Of a DNA stretch of 64,000 nucleotides, positions 43,801-51,344 are shown piece by piece. This DNA is from Botryllus schlosseri (taxonomy: Eukaryota). Below the pieces are notes generated by a model that worked only from the letters and a program-made list of their open reading frames with translations, made no database searches and was not told the DNA's origin. Location of the stretch: contig CM119375.1 of the NCBI GenBank assembly GCA_051294905.1, positions 7,378,001 through 7,442,000 on the forward strand. The letters are read 5' to 3'. Every line of letters starts with the position of its first letter. The stretch's first letter is position 1. Position numbers and translations under genes: made by a program.

Positions 43801-46800
43801 ATGATTCCTACGTTACCGGCGGCCATGGTACATTTCTCGGTAGAGCTTGGCGAAGGGAAGTACGGAAAAGTGTACAAGGCGCAAATTATGAACAATCTAA
43901 CCTACTCGCCGACAGAACCGGTACAGTAAATATTTCGTGTATCTTGTTGATCGTTTTGTGATATATATCTACACTTTTCCCAATAGGTGGCGGTGAAAAC
44001 GGTGATAGCCGGCGCCTTGCCTTCGCAAATCAACGATTTTCATAGGGAGATGGACATGTACGCTGATTTGCAGCATCTGAACGTTTCCTGTTTGAAGGTA
44101 TGTAAATCCAGTGCGTTTATATGGTAGAATGGTGTATAAAAGGGGATTATTAATTGATAGTGTTGCAACCCACCCCTATAGCGACGAAAGGGGGATCTCT
44201 CCATCCGATTGGGTGGTTTGGACGTTTACACCTCATGGTTGGGTGTATTTAGAAGTTTCACGCTTAGCACAACACCAGTGTTCATTAGTCACGTGATCAG
44301 TTTTGGCGCAGTCGGCCGTGGAATCATTTAGTATTGACCCGCCTTATGGCAAACTAGGAACTATATATATATATATATAGATAGATAGATAGATAGACAT
44401 AACCTATGGATAGATGCGAAACACTTAGCAACCGTATACGATAGGCAATTTCTGGTCGCTTCGGAAACAGATAGGGTAATGTTGTGTTTGCGACCCGAGT
44501 GCAAAATTTATTTGAATTGGTCTTGAACGAAAGCTGCTGTTGCACTGATTCCGAGAATATATATTGCAAACTCGTCAGGGCACTGTAACTAACTACCCCA
44601 AAATCGTCCTTAAAATCGGAATTTGACATTTTTCCAAACCGTTGGAGCGCCGCTATAGGTAATTGTGATGGTCATGTACGGTGACGCTCTGATTGCTTGG
44701 GCCGATGCCGATTCTCGACTTGTGCAGGCATATTACACGATAGTTGCATTGCCCCGACCAGATTATAATTGTCGCATCAGATTTGCCAGCTATACTGTCG
44801 CTTGTTTCACTCCTTTCCGTCAGTTAGAAACTATGGATATCGGATTGTTACGCAGCACATCTGTCGTATTGACTTTCAGCATTATATAATCCTTTAGATT
44901 TATTGTAGACTTGACAAATGATTCAACTCTCAAACCCATCCTTACTATGTTACGGCATACCCAAACCACACACGCTCCTTTCTCATCCAGGCCTGCGTCT
45001 TACAACCCACTCTCCGATGCATGATATTCGAATACACAAGCCGCGTCGACCTCCACGAGCTGCTCACCCTGCATTCCCCGCATTCCGACATCGGCGGCAA
45101 AATATCTGGCAGCGTCAGCAGCCACACCAGCGCCAGCTTGGAGGAAGGCGATTTCCTGCACATGTCAGTCCAAGTCGCGGGCGGGCTGGAGTACCTGGCC
45201 ACGCAGAACTTTATCCATCGCGACTTGGCCGCGCGGAACATCCTGGTGTGCAGCAACAACGTGATGAAGATCTCGAATCTGGGTGTGGTCCGGGATTGTT
45301 ACTTGTCGAGTTACTATCGGTCGCCGCAAGGCGGGCATATGCTGCCTGTCAGGTATGCAACACTTTATTTCGCGATCTACGATGTTGATGGGATAGTAAT
45401 ACTGGTAGTGTTACCATATTTTGAGATCCAAAAAAGAGGCCACTTTTTGCAAGTTACAAAAGTTGTAAAAGCAGACGAGAAAACGGGTCATTTGGAATTT
45501 TTTACGGCTAATGTTGTTGGGTTCACTATAAAAGCATCATTTTCCGCCCAGGCATCTACAAGCGGGATTCCGCGTCAAATTTTGGTCGGATTGACTAAAA
45601 TAAGGATAATTTTCGGCTTTTCTGCAATAGTAGCAGCACTTACTTATTGCCAAACTCTGATGATAACACAAGTATTTCGTGATTCTCGCATCCACAGGTG
45701 GATGGCGCCGGAGAGTCTAACCGCGAACGGGTACTCGGAAAAGTCCGTCGTGTGGTCGTTCGGCGTGATGGTGTGGGAAATGTTCAGCTACGGCCTGCAG
45801 CCGTACTGCGGTTACAGTAACCACGAGGTAACTTTCTAAATGAACTTATTCATCAATTTTTTGCGGCTATTTCATAAAATTGTTAGGTTGGCTGAAAAAA
45901 ACGTTGCGCTCCAAATTTGGCTCAATTCCAACCAGTGTTGTAGTTTGAAAATTTTGAATTTATTGTAAAAAAAATTGGGGAAAAAAATTCTCTGGTGAAG
46001 TCACGAAAGTGTTAAGTTGTCTACAAATACTAATACCAACTAACTAAAACAAATTTGACTGAATTCTAACCCGTACTGTGAGCGAAGTTGCTTCATTTCA
46101 TTAATAACTCAAGGATTACCCACCGTCCATGCTACTTTTTCAAATCCACAACGTTCAACTGCAATAACTTCGCACTGTATTTTTAGACAACTTAACAATT
46201 TCATGGGGTAGGTAGACGGTATAATTTGTAATTTTTTCATTATTTATTTCATAATAAATTCGAGATTTGCAAACTACAATAGCTTCACTTCTGCCGGTTG
46301 AAATTGAGCCAAATTTGGTGTGCAACGCTTTTGTTATCCAACATAACAATTTATTGAAATAGCCGCAAACATTTGAACTGTTTTTGAACTACCCTATTGT
46401 ACATTGTCACTAATCGCTAATCCTTTCAGGTGATCGATATGATATCAAACGGCCAGACGTTGAGCTGCCCGGACCAATGCTCGTCGAGGGTGTACTCCCT
46501 GCTTCGCGAATGCTGGTCCAACGACCCCAACAAAAGACCCACCTGCAAAGTGAGTATCTCCCCCCCACACTTGGAATTTAGCTGTGCGTGGAACCGACAG
46601 GCTAGATGAGGTGTCCTTTGCAATCTATTTTACTCGTGACATCGTAGTCCTACTGTGACGTGTCGAAAATAGGACTTCACGAACAGAAGTGATCGAAGTA
46701 GTCACAATTTTTACTCAATTGGAGAGGGAGAGAGAGAGAGAGTGAAAAGCTTCTTGTAGGTACAGAACTACAATTGGATAGGATATACATATTGTAACGA

Positions 46801-49175
46801 ACCCGGATATTTTCGGCTGGCACTCGTCAGGGGTAATCGTCAGCAACTAGTAGAGAATTGATGAGAACATTTTATATCAACAATCTTATCGAGTAGTAAA
46901 CGTCGAATATCGATACAATCTGCTGACACCAATTATTGGAATCACAGCGCGGCGCGCCGTACACCTCGCTTCGTCAATTCGCTCTCGTCCATTCATTATA
47001 ATTTGATAGATATTTGAAACATCCGCCACTTAACGCTAACGCGCTGACTCAGGCCAGCCACAAGTGTTATGATGACTCACCCGTTCAGGAACTGCACGCG
47101 AAGCTGTCCGGGTGGGAAGGCGCGTCATCGACTCGGATGACGTCACAACTGGCGCAGGGGATCCATCGGCAGCTGAACAACGTGATACACGAAGGCCAGC
47201 AATTCCAGTACACGCCGCCGCAAGGCACTGTGTAAGTACAGTCATCTCGTTAGGCGCAGAGGTGGTCAAAGCAGTCTGTGTTGATGCTCAAGTAAATGCG
47301 GGAGTGTCGTTCCAAATAGAAGTAGAGGTAGGAATTGTAAGATGTGTCAAAACTACTTCTAGTGGAAGTATAAAATGAGAGGTTGAAAAGGGCTCAAGTA
47401 AAGTTCGTCCCCAAACCGCTTTCCAGTTTTCAAAATTCAAATTTTAAAAACCAAATGTGTAAAAATGTTGAAGAGAAGTAGAAGTAGTGACAAAGATAAG
47501 CCAATTGTGTAGTTTTTTGAAAACAATGATCGTGTAGAAGAGGAAGTACAGTAACAGCATAATGAATTGTGTTAAGTAGTGCAAATCGGCTGGATTAGTC
47601 GTTTTCCAAAAAAAATAGTGCAAGTATGCTGAAATTAGTACATTTTTCAAAAAAAGTAGTGCAAGTAATCTGAAATTATAACATTTTTCAAAAAAAGTAG
47701 TTCAAGTATGTTGAAACTAGTACATTTTTCAAAAAAAGTGGTGCAAGTATAGGCTGAAATTAGTATTTTTTTCCAAAAAAACTAGTGCGATTAGGCTGAA
47801 ATTAGCACTTTTTTCCAAAAAGTAGTGCAAGTATGCAAAAATAGTAGTTTTCGAAAAATGATCAAATAGAAGTGGAAGTAGTGTACAAAATTCCACTTAG
47901 TAGTTTTATCCTCAAAAAACTGCTGAGGTAGAAGTGGTACTGTAAAAACATAATCTCTCGTGTAAGCAATGCAAGTATGCGAAAACTAAGTATTTTTTCC
48001 TGTTTAAATAGCAGTGGAATAGTTTTACCAAAAAACTGATCAACCGCAAGCGACAGTAATGTAAAAACGTAAACAAAGCAAGTAGAAGTAGAAGTGGGAG
48101 TACGCAAGTACCGAGAAACATAACCATTGAGCACAAGTAAGGAAGCCCACTTGAGAACTCTGAGGAAGAGAGTACTTCTTTACTATCGAGACCACTGACC
48201 ACTGAGATCACCTCTGGTTAGCATACATCGCATGTAGAACCCCACCATGTGAGATTCTCATTCGCTCGCAGCATTGACGGATTCGGACAGCCATACATCG
48301 CCCGCCAACCCGATCCTGTCGGCAACCCGCACTACTCATCGCCCTCGCCGGCCTCGTCCGGAATGGTATCGCATGCCCCGCCGACATACCCAGGCTACGT
48401 GCAGCAACCCGCTTTTCCTCACGCGCAGATCTACCAGCAACAGCAGCAGGTCCACTACGCCAGACCGCCGCCTTCGTCATACCCAAGCCGACAGAGTCAC
48501 ACTCATAGCAGCCGAAGCACCGACAGCGGTGGGTCTTCAGTGAGAAACCAACACCACAACGGGTACAGGAACCAGACAAGGAGCTCAAACACTCAAATTT
48601 ACCAAAACTCGCCTCAACCACAATACCACCAACAGCAACCCGAGTACGAACAAGCACACGGTACTCCAGACAGCGGCGTGCACAGCACGAAAGGCGTCAT
48701 GCAACCTCAAAACCACGACTATCATCCGGAGTCTTCCGGATCGCCTGTTCCACCTCCGGGAGGCCAAAGGTCGCGGCCTGGTAGCGAATTCGTAAACACA
48801 GGATTGGAACCGATGAGAAAACCATCGTATAACGGGAAACCAGTTGTAGCACCTAAGCCGCCGTTATCGCCTTATACCTCAGACAGAGCGAGGGCGAATC
48901 CAAATCAAGGACAGCTTAATCATAATCATATCGATAATGCACCCAGAGGTGAGATTAATAATGAAAGTGACATTCAAGGACGTAACGGTACTTCGTGTGA
49001 CTCTGGTCTTCCAACGGAAGACGGGGAAACAGATTCTGGCGAAAATCAGCCGTTTTTGTCCGCCCCCGCGCCTAGGGGTTACGCGCCTAATAAGATGCTG
49101 CAAGTTTCTGGCTCTATGTCGTCGACTGTGTCCGGGTCGACTGCGGCTACTGCTGAGTCTAGGTTGACGGCGTAG
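1776..49175 (+). CDS. ROR: ROR-family receptor tyrosine kinase-like orphan receptor, complete 18-exon CDS, 1070 aa
   Basis: join(1776-1842,9950-10013,13761-13780,26854-26971,28691-28872,40888-40924,40988-41127,42023-42219,42723-42923,43386-43506,43563-43735,43798-43920,43987-44097,44991-45352,45698-45827,46430-46549,47089-47231,48272-49175) = 3213 nt, all GT-AG, phases consistent; Ig + 10-Cys Frizzled CRD + 6-Cys kringle + TM + TK domain is diagnostic of ROR. Confidence 0.93.
7736..8024. mobile_element. Family A inverted-repeat element (MITE-like)
   Basis: ATTCACATTGAAATAAACCCG .. CGGGTTTATTTCAATATGAAT (20/21 inverted match); internal CGTCAG..TAATCGTCAGCAACTAGTAGAGAATTGG recurs elsewhere. 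Confidence 0.75.
8139..8416. mobile_element. Foldback MITE with arms made of CCATTACCGAGAATG-type subrepeats
   Basis: CAATACCGAGAAAACCATTACCGAGAATGGAC at left, near-perfect reverse complement at 8385-8416; TSD not resolved. Confidence 0.7.
9097..9510 (+). repeat. Family B interspersed repeat (AATTAGAATT-rich), copy 1
   Basis: AATTAGAATTGGAATTACTGAATTCGC block shared with 18240-18867 and, inverted, 36630-37070; ends approximate. Confidence 0.7.
9950..10013 (+). CDS. ROR: ROR exon 2
   Basis: tctttttag acceptor, (G)KSASVDIDVTTASSKTDDDY(G), donor GG/GTAAGT; phases 1 to 2 bridge exons 1 and 3. Confidence 0.75.
10943..12215 (-). mobile_element. Internally deleted hAT element with transposase remnants
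   Basis: TIR (C/T)AGAGCCCGACCGAT 14/15, perfect 8-bp TSD ATCGTGAT; - strand peptide CFQHSLQLFVND (hAT CxxH motif) and W..NEERFPIL..LA..SER (dimerisation-domain-like). Confidence 0.9.
12414..12935. mobile_element. Non-autonomous hAT (Charlie-like)
   Basis: TIR CAGTGGTTCTCAAC / GCTGAGAACCACTG (13/14); degraded TSD GTATAGAG / ATCTAGAA. Confidence 0.8.
13761..13780 (+). CDS. ROR: ROR exon 3, 20-nt microexon
   Basis: tttctgtttcag / T GAC TCG GAT TTG GCA GAC G / gtaagt; phases 2 to 1 exactly join exons 2 and 4. Confidence 0.75.
17194..17280 (+). repeat. Family A partial copy
   Basis: ATACTCATATTGAAATAAACCCGAAC..CGTCAGCAACTATAGGGAATTGGAAA. Confidence 0.7.
18240..18867 (+). repeat. Family B copy 2, interrupted by an insertion at 18490-18724
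   Basis: AAATTAGATTGGAATTAGAATTACTGAATTCGCG and GCTCGTTTCGCACTATACAG match the other copies. Confidence 0.7.
18490..18724. mobile_element. 235-bp tandem-dimer insertion with 9-bp flanking duplication
   Basis: GTCGGTAAC at 18481-18489 and 18725-18733; two ~120-bp units each GGAATCTCGGTACGTTTTGCC..GACACCGATTCCAT. Confidence 0.6.
19461..20380 (+). mobile_element. Charlie-like hAT with C-terminal transposase remnant, inner member of nest
   Basis: TIR C(G/A)GTGGTTCTCAACC 14/15, perfect TSD GTCTACAG; frameshifted QILPSEALCVTITFAT..GFSALIHIKSKTR resembles the hAT dimerisation domain (~19960-20135). Confidence 0.92.
20443..21026. mobile_element. Older hAT element, second inner member of nest
   Basis: TIR AAGGGACTGGCAAC / GTTGCACGCCCCTG (10/14), CGGCCCGC subterminal motifs, TSD GTCCATAA / CTCCATAA (7/8). 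Confidence 0.75.
22305..22695. mobile_element. Non-autonomous hAT (GGGGGCGA-repeat type)
   Basis: Perfect TIR CAGTGGTTCCCAAC, TSD AGTTAGAC / AGCTAGAC (7/8). Confidence 0.88.
23725..23864. mobile_element. Short MITE of the CAGAGGTGGTC family
   Basis: CAGGTGGTCAAA .. TGACCACCTCTG; same termini as 42956-43060 and 47257-48216. Confidence 0.6.
25003..25050 (+). mobile_element. Degenerate tRNA-like SINE head
   Basis: A-box-like TAGCGTAATGG and B-box-like GGGTTCGATCC; no tail or TSD found. Confidence 0.35.
25634..26050. mobile_element. Long-inverted-repeat element related to 45840-46405
   Basis: TGTACAATAGGGTGTTCAAAAA end and CCAAATTTGGTTCAATTCCAAC blocks shared with the copy in ROR intron 15. 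Confidence 0.6.
26854..26971 (+). CDS. ROR: ROR exon 4 (first half of Ig domain)
   Basis: (E)IQDLQLDEEMRDQHLQSSDRLQFRCRVSVSPKKELTFT(W), resembles ROR L.LDEPM..I......AELHCKV. Confidence 0.9.
28691..28872 (+). CDS. ROR: ROR exon 5 (second half of Ig domain)
   Basis: (W)YHENSKVDQDSDNRISIKTRDWGSRLQILNVYSTDGGMYRCEASDG..LKVSF, I-set D.G.Y.C motif, donor GTGAGT. Confidence 0.93.
28902..29801. mobile_element. Non-autonomous hAT (TAGGGATG termini)
   Basis: Perfect 16-bp TIR TAGGGATGGTGTGAAC, GGTTCACGTTCGCGTTC subterminal repeats, imperfect TSD GTATTAGG / GTTTAGG. Confidence 0.82.
31770..33081 (+). mobile_element. Internally deleted hAT with N-terminal transposase remnant
   Basis: TIR CAGGGTTGCCAT, perfect TSD CTTATAAC, TGTCCTTATTTT subterminal repeats; peptide MSRRKNVF..I*..NICNCDISLGGH..H (BED-finger-like, with stop) and HTVKHQQSFLTNDCTSQLFKAIFPDSNIANKF. 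Confidence 0.9.
36630..37070 (-). repeat. Family B copy 3 (inverted)
   Basis: CGCGAATTCAGTAATTCTAATT and TATAGTGCGAAACGAG are reverse complements of copy 1/2 blocks; ends approximate. Confidence 0.7.
37527..37945 (+). mobile_element. 419-bp hAT MITE, same family as 10943-12215, opposite orientation
   Basis: Perfect TIR TAGAGCCCGACCGAT, perfect TSD ATGTAGAT, CCGATA subterminal repeats. Confidence 0.92.
40888..40924 (+). CDS. ROR: ROR exon 6 (37-nt Ig-CRD linker)
   Basis: tttacag / (N)KPPPSDADDLD(R) / gtgagt; phases 1 to 2. Confidence 0.85.
40988..41127 (+). CDS. ROR: ROR exon 7 (Frizzled CRD start)
   Basis: NAFKGKCEKYTGQTCAKYLRNKYVY..LI, CRD Cys1-2. Confidence 0.93.
42023..42219 (+). CDS. 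ROR: ROR exon 8 (Frizzled CRD)
   Basis: SCAKYASPAFCHYVFPLCD..LCREDCELLQYGVC, CRD Cys3-8. Confidence 0.93.
42415..42490 (+). repeat. Family A partial copy
   Basis: ATATTGAAATATAGCCGAATC..CTCGTCAGAGTAATAGTCAGCAACTAGTAGAGAATTGG. Confidence 0.7.
42723..42923 (+). CDS. ROR: ROR exon 9 (CRD end, kringle start)
   Basis: KCENLP..PKCSRVG..CYNGTGESYKG..GQSCKPW. Confidence 0.93.
42956..43060. mobile_element. Short MITE of the CAGAGGTGGTC family
   Basis: CAGAGGTGGTCAAAT .. ATTTGATCACCCTG; no TSD seen. Confidence 0.55.
43386..43506 (+). CDS. ROR: ROR exon 10 (kringle)
   Basis: [30 protein letters not shown]. Confidence 0.95.
43563..43735 (+). CDS. ROR: ROR exon 11 (transmembrane helix)
   Basis: LLVIIVPCLGVMLLIGCIVVAVCVA followed by RRKK. 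Confidence 0.93.
43798..43920 (+). CDS. ROR: ROR exon 12 (kinase Gly-rich loop)
   Basis: VHFSVELGEGKYGKVYKA. Confidence 0.92.
43987..44097 (+). CDS. ROR: ROR exon 13 (VAVK, alphaC)
   Basis: VAVKTV..DFHREMDMYADLQHLNVSCLK. Confidence 0.93.
44362..44397. repeat. Compound (TA)n(ATAG)n microsatellite
   Basis: Direct reading. Confidence 0.9.
44991..45352 (+). CDS. ROR: ROR exon 14 (catalytic and activation loops)
   Basis: MIFEY..DLHELL..SPHSD..HRDLAARNILV..KISNLG..YLSSYY..LPV(R). Confidence 0.95.
45698..45827 (+). CDS. ROR: ROR exon 15
   Basis: WMAPES..WSFGVMVWEMFSYGLQPYCGYSNHE. Confidence 0.95.
45840..46405. mobile_element. Long-inverted-repeat element filling ROR intron 15
   Basis: ~73-bp imperfect inverted arms 45863-45935 / 46293-46366; right end matches 25634 copy. 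Confidence 0.65.
46430..46549 (+). CDS. ROR: ROR exon 16
   Basis: VIDMISNGQTLSCPDQCSSRVYSLLRECWSNDPNKRPTCK. Confidence 0.95.
46783..46870 (+). repeat. Family A partial copy
   Basis: CATATTGTAACGAACCCGG..CTCGTCAGGGGTAATCGTCAGCAACTAGTAGAGAATTG. Confidence 0.7.
47089..47231 (+). CDS. ROR: ROR exon 17 (kinase end)
   Basis: ELHAKLSGWEG..YTPPQGT(V), donor GTAAGT at 47232. Confidence 0.88.
47257..48216. mobile_element. hAT-like element with internal ~41-bp tandem array filling ROR intron 17
   Basis: TIR CAGAGGTGGTC / GATCACCTCTG (10/11), partial TSD GTTAGGCG / GTTAGCAT; about six TTTTCAAAAAAAGTAGTGCAAGTATGCTGAAATTAGTACA-type units at ~47601-47850. Confidence 0.7.
48272..49175 (+). CDS. ROR: ROR exon 18 (Pro/Gln/Ser-rich cytoplasmic tail, stop)
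   Basis: ctcgcag acceptor, phase 2 fits, ~300-codon open frame ending ..AESRLTA TAG. Confidence 0.9.
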
Positions 49176-49553
49176 GTTGTAGAGTTATGAGATCTTTTTA
49201 TGTCCGGTAGTTGGTCGCGGTTGATAAGATGGTCGAAATGCGAGTATACGAGATGAGAATTATCGACGCGTTGGATTGACAACGAATATAACGAAATGAA
49301 ACGTGTAGACTTGCGTATTGGAGGTAGGCAAACATACTCCTACAGATCGAATGTTCAAAGTGTTATGCGAACCTTGCGATGCTTGGAGATATAAAACTAT
49401 TGGCGGCTGTGTAAGTTCCTATTAGTAACTCGCGCCCCGGTTCAGTTTTGAAATTGCAATGTACGTGGTGGTGAAATTACGGCGTCCCGTGTCGGTTAAA
49501 AGTTGGACTTTTTGCGCTACGCTTTACGCGATAGGACGCACAATGTAGCCGTA

Positions 49554-49559
49554 AATAAA
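49554..49559 (+). terminator. Candidate ROR polyadenylation signal
   Basis: AATAAA ~380 nt after the stop with T-rich sequence downstream; not unique evidence. Confidence 0.4.
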
Positions 49560-51197
49560 TTGCTTTTGTATAAAGTATTCCCTCGCTTTTCCTCGTAGGC
49601 TTTTTGGCTATGTTTTATATGACTGCGCTCGTATATTTATCGAATCGCTGTTTTTGGCGGAGGAAACGTGTGCTTTGGCGGTGATCCGGCCCGTTTGCTT
49701 GATACTGGAAGTTATGCGAACTTGGCGATTTCGTCAGTATGGTTTGTGAAAGCTGATGGGTACAGTGTTTTATTGGAAATATTGATATTTTTCCTTTTGC
49801 TACGTTCTTACTTTTACATTTTTGTAACTAATCAAATGTCTGTTTTGAGCTTTGTTTAAAATATAAGATGCGCAAAAAGTGGCGGAATCGAATGTACGGG
49901 AGAAAGGTAGAGGAGTGCGTCGGCGCCATGTGATGTTAAAGGCTGGTGTGCACATTAAGACCTTGAAACCACGTTGGCGGTGGTGTTCACTAGGCTTAGT
50001 GGTTAGAAGAAGCGGAATGATGACCATGTTACGACCAGAAAGCGCGCTATTACTCCGAAGTTTGATTCCCGATTATTATGAGCGGAAGGTTGGTGTCAGA
50101 ACTAAGTCTGCGCATCTTCACATCGATAAAATAATAGTATAGGCCTACAAGCAAAGCGCGTCCTCTGGAAACCTGCTGGGAATTAGAAAGGTGACTAATT
50201 TTGGTCTTGAACCGGTGGTAAAACTTTCAAAAGATGTTTGGGTGACTTATTGGCGCGGAAAACAGCTTTTGTCCGATTCCCCACCGAGCCGTCGAAATTT
50301 ATATAATTTCCTTGCTCAACTTGATTGACAAGTTTTCAGAGACATCACCAAATCCGTCATATTGGTGACCAAACTGTAGTATATAGTATTTTATTCTTCA
50401 AATTGGAAAATAATTAGTATTTGTAGTTCTGGTGATGAGAATAATACAACCATGCCCCATCAACCGATCCCTGTTCTGTAACACCGAATATTCGAGGACT
50501 ACGAAACCGCCACCAAGACATGTTTGTTTATATTCGTAAGCGGAGCCTGGATAATATATAGAAAAAAACGAGCTAACCGAAGCAGAGTAGCCACAGTCCT
50601 GTTGAGAGGTGGTCAAAGGAGTCGCAGATGATCATGACCATGAAGCAAAAGAGAAGTCTTATGCAGACGGATAAAACCAAAACTACTGTGGCGTCAGCAA
50701 AGGTATACCACCTGTATCCTTAAAATGTTTAGGCCTATAGAAGTCCCTCATAGGTGCTCACTGCTCATGGTCAGCTATCTATAGTCCAACATAACCACGT
50801 CAATCCTTCTCAAAAGCTCAACACACGCAACGTCGGGTTACATTTACTGTTCTATGCAATATATAGGGCGGGCATGAAAATTCAAAAATATCAGTAATCC
50901 TACAACGGTCAGCACCTCCTTAGTTGACGCAAGGTACAAACGCACTATACAGTAGATCAGATACAGGATTATCACGACAAATCCTAAACTGTTGGAACGA
51001 CACGGCGTCGAAAAACAAGCAATAAAACACCGCGCCACCTAGCACCGCAGAACGTTGAGACAGTATTTGGAACATGAAATTTAGAAATACAGAAATGCTA
51101 TCGCTTCCATAAAAATAGCATCGAGCTAAAAAACATTAGACTCAATCTTGCACATTAGAGACTAAGCCGTCCACGGGGCGGGATGAGAAAAGGTATA

Positions 51198-51344
51198 TTA
51201 AGAACGAGATAAGTCATCGACGATTACGTCTTCGTCGGAGTAAGCCGACATCGGCGGGCAGGTGCACACCAAATTCTGATCGCCGTACACGTCGTCGATG
51301 CGACCCACGCTCGGCCATATCTTGGAGTCCGGACGAATGAATGG
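51198..51344 (-). CDS. GLDC: GLDC last exon
   Basis: [38 protein letters not shown]. Confidence 0.95.
   Translation of the reverse strand, partial: PFIRPDSKIWPSVGRIDDVYGDQNLVCTCPPMSAYSDEDVIVDDLSRS

Noticed and set aside
44918-45388. 156-aa ORF overlapping ROR exon 14 in another frame (and similar antisense ORFs over ROR/GLDC exons)
   Set aside because: Shadow ORFs expected from GC-rich coding exons
47601-47850. Repeat array superficially like CRISPR
   Set aside because: Contiguous tandem units without unique spacers, eukaryotic intron, inside a TE
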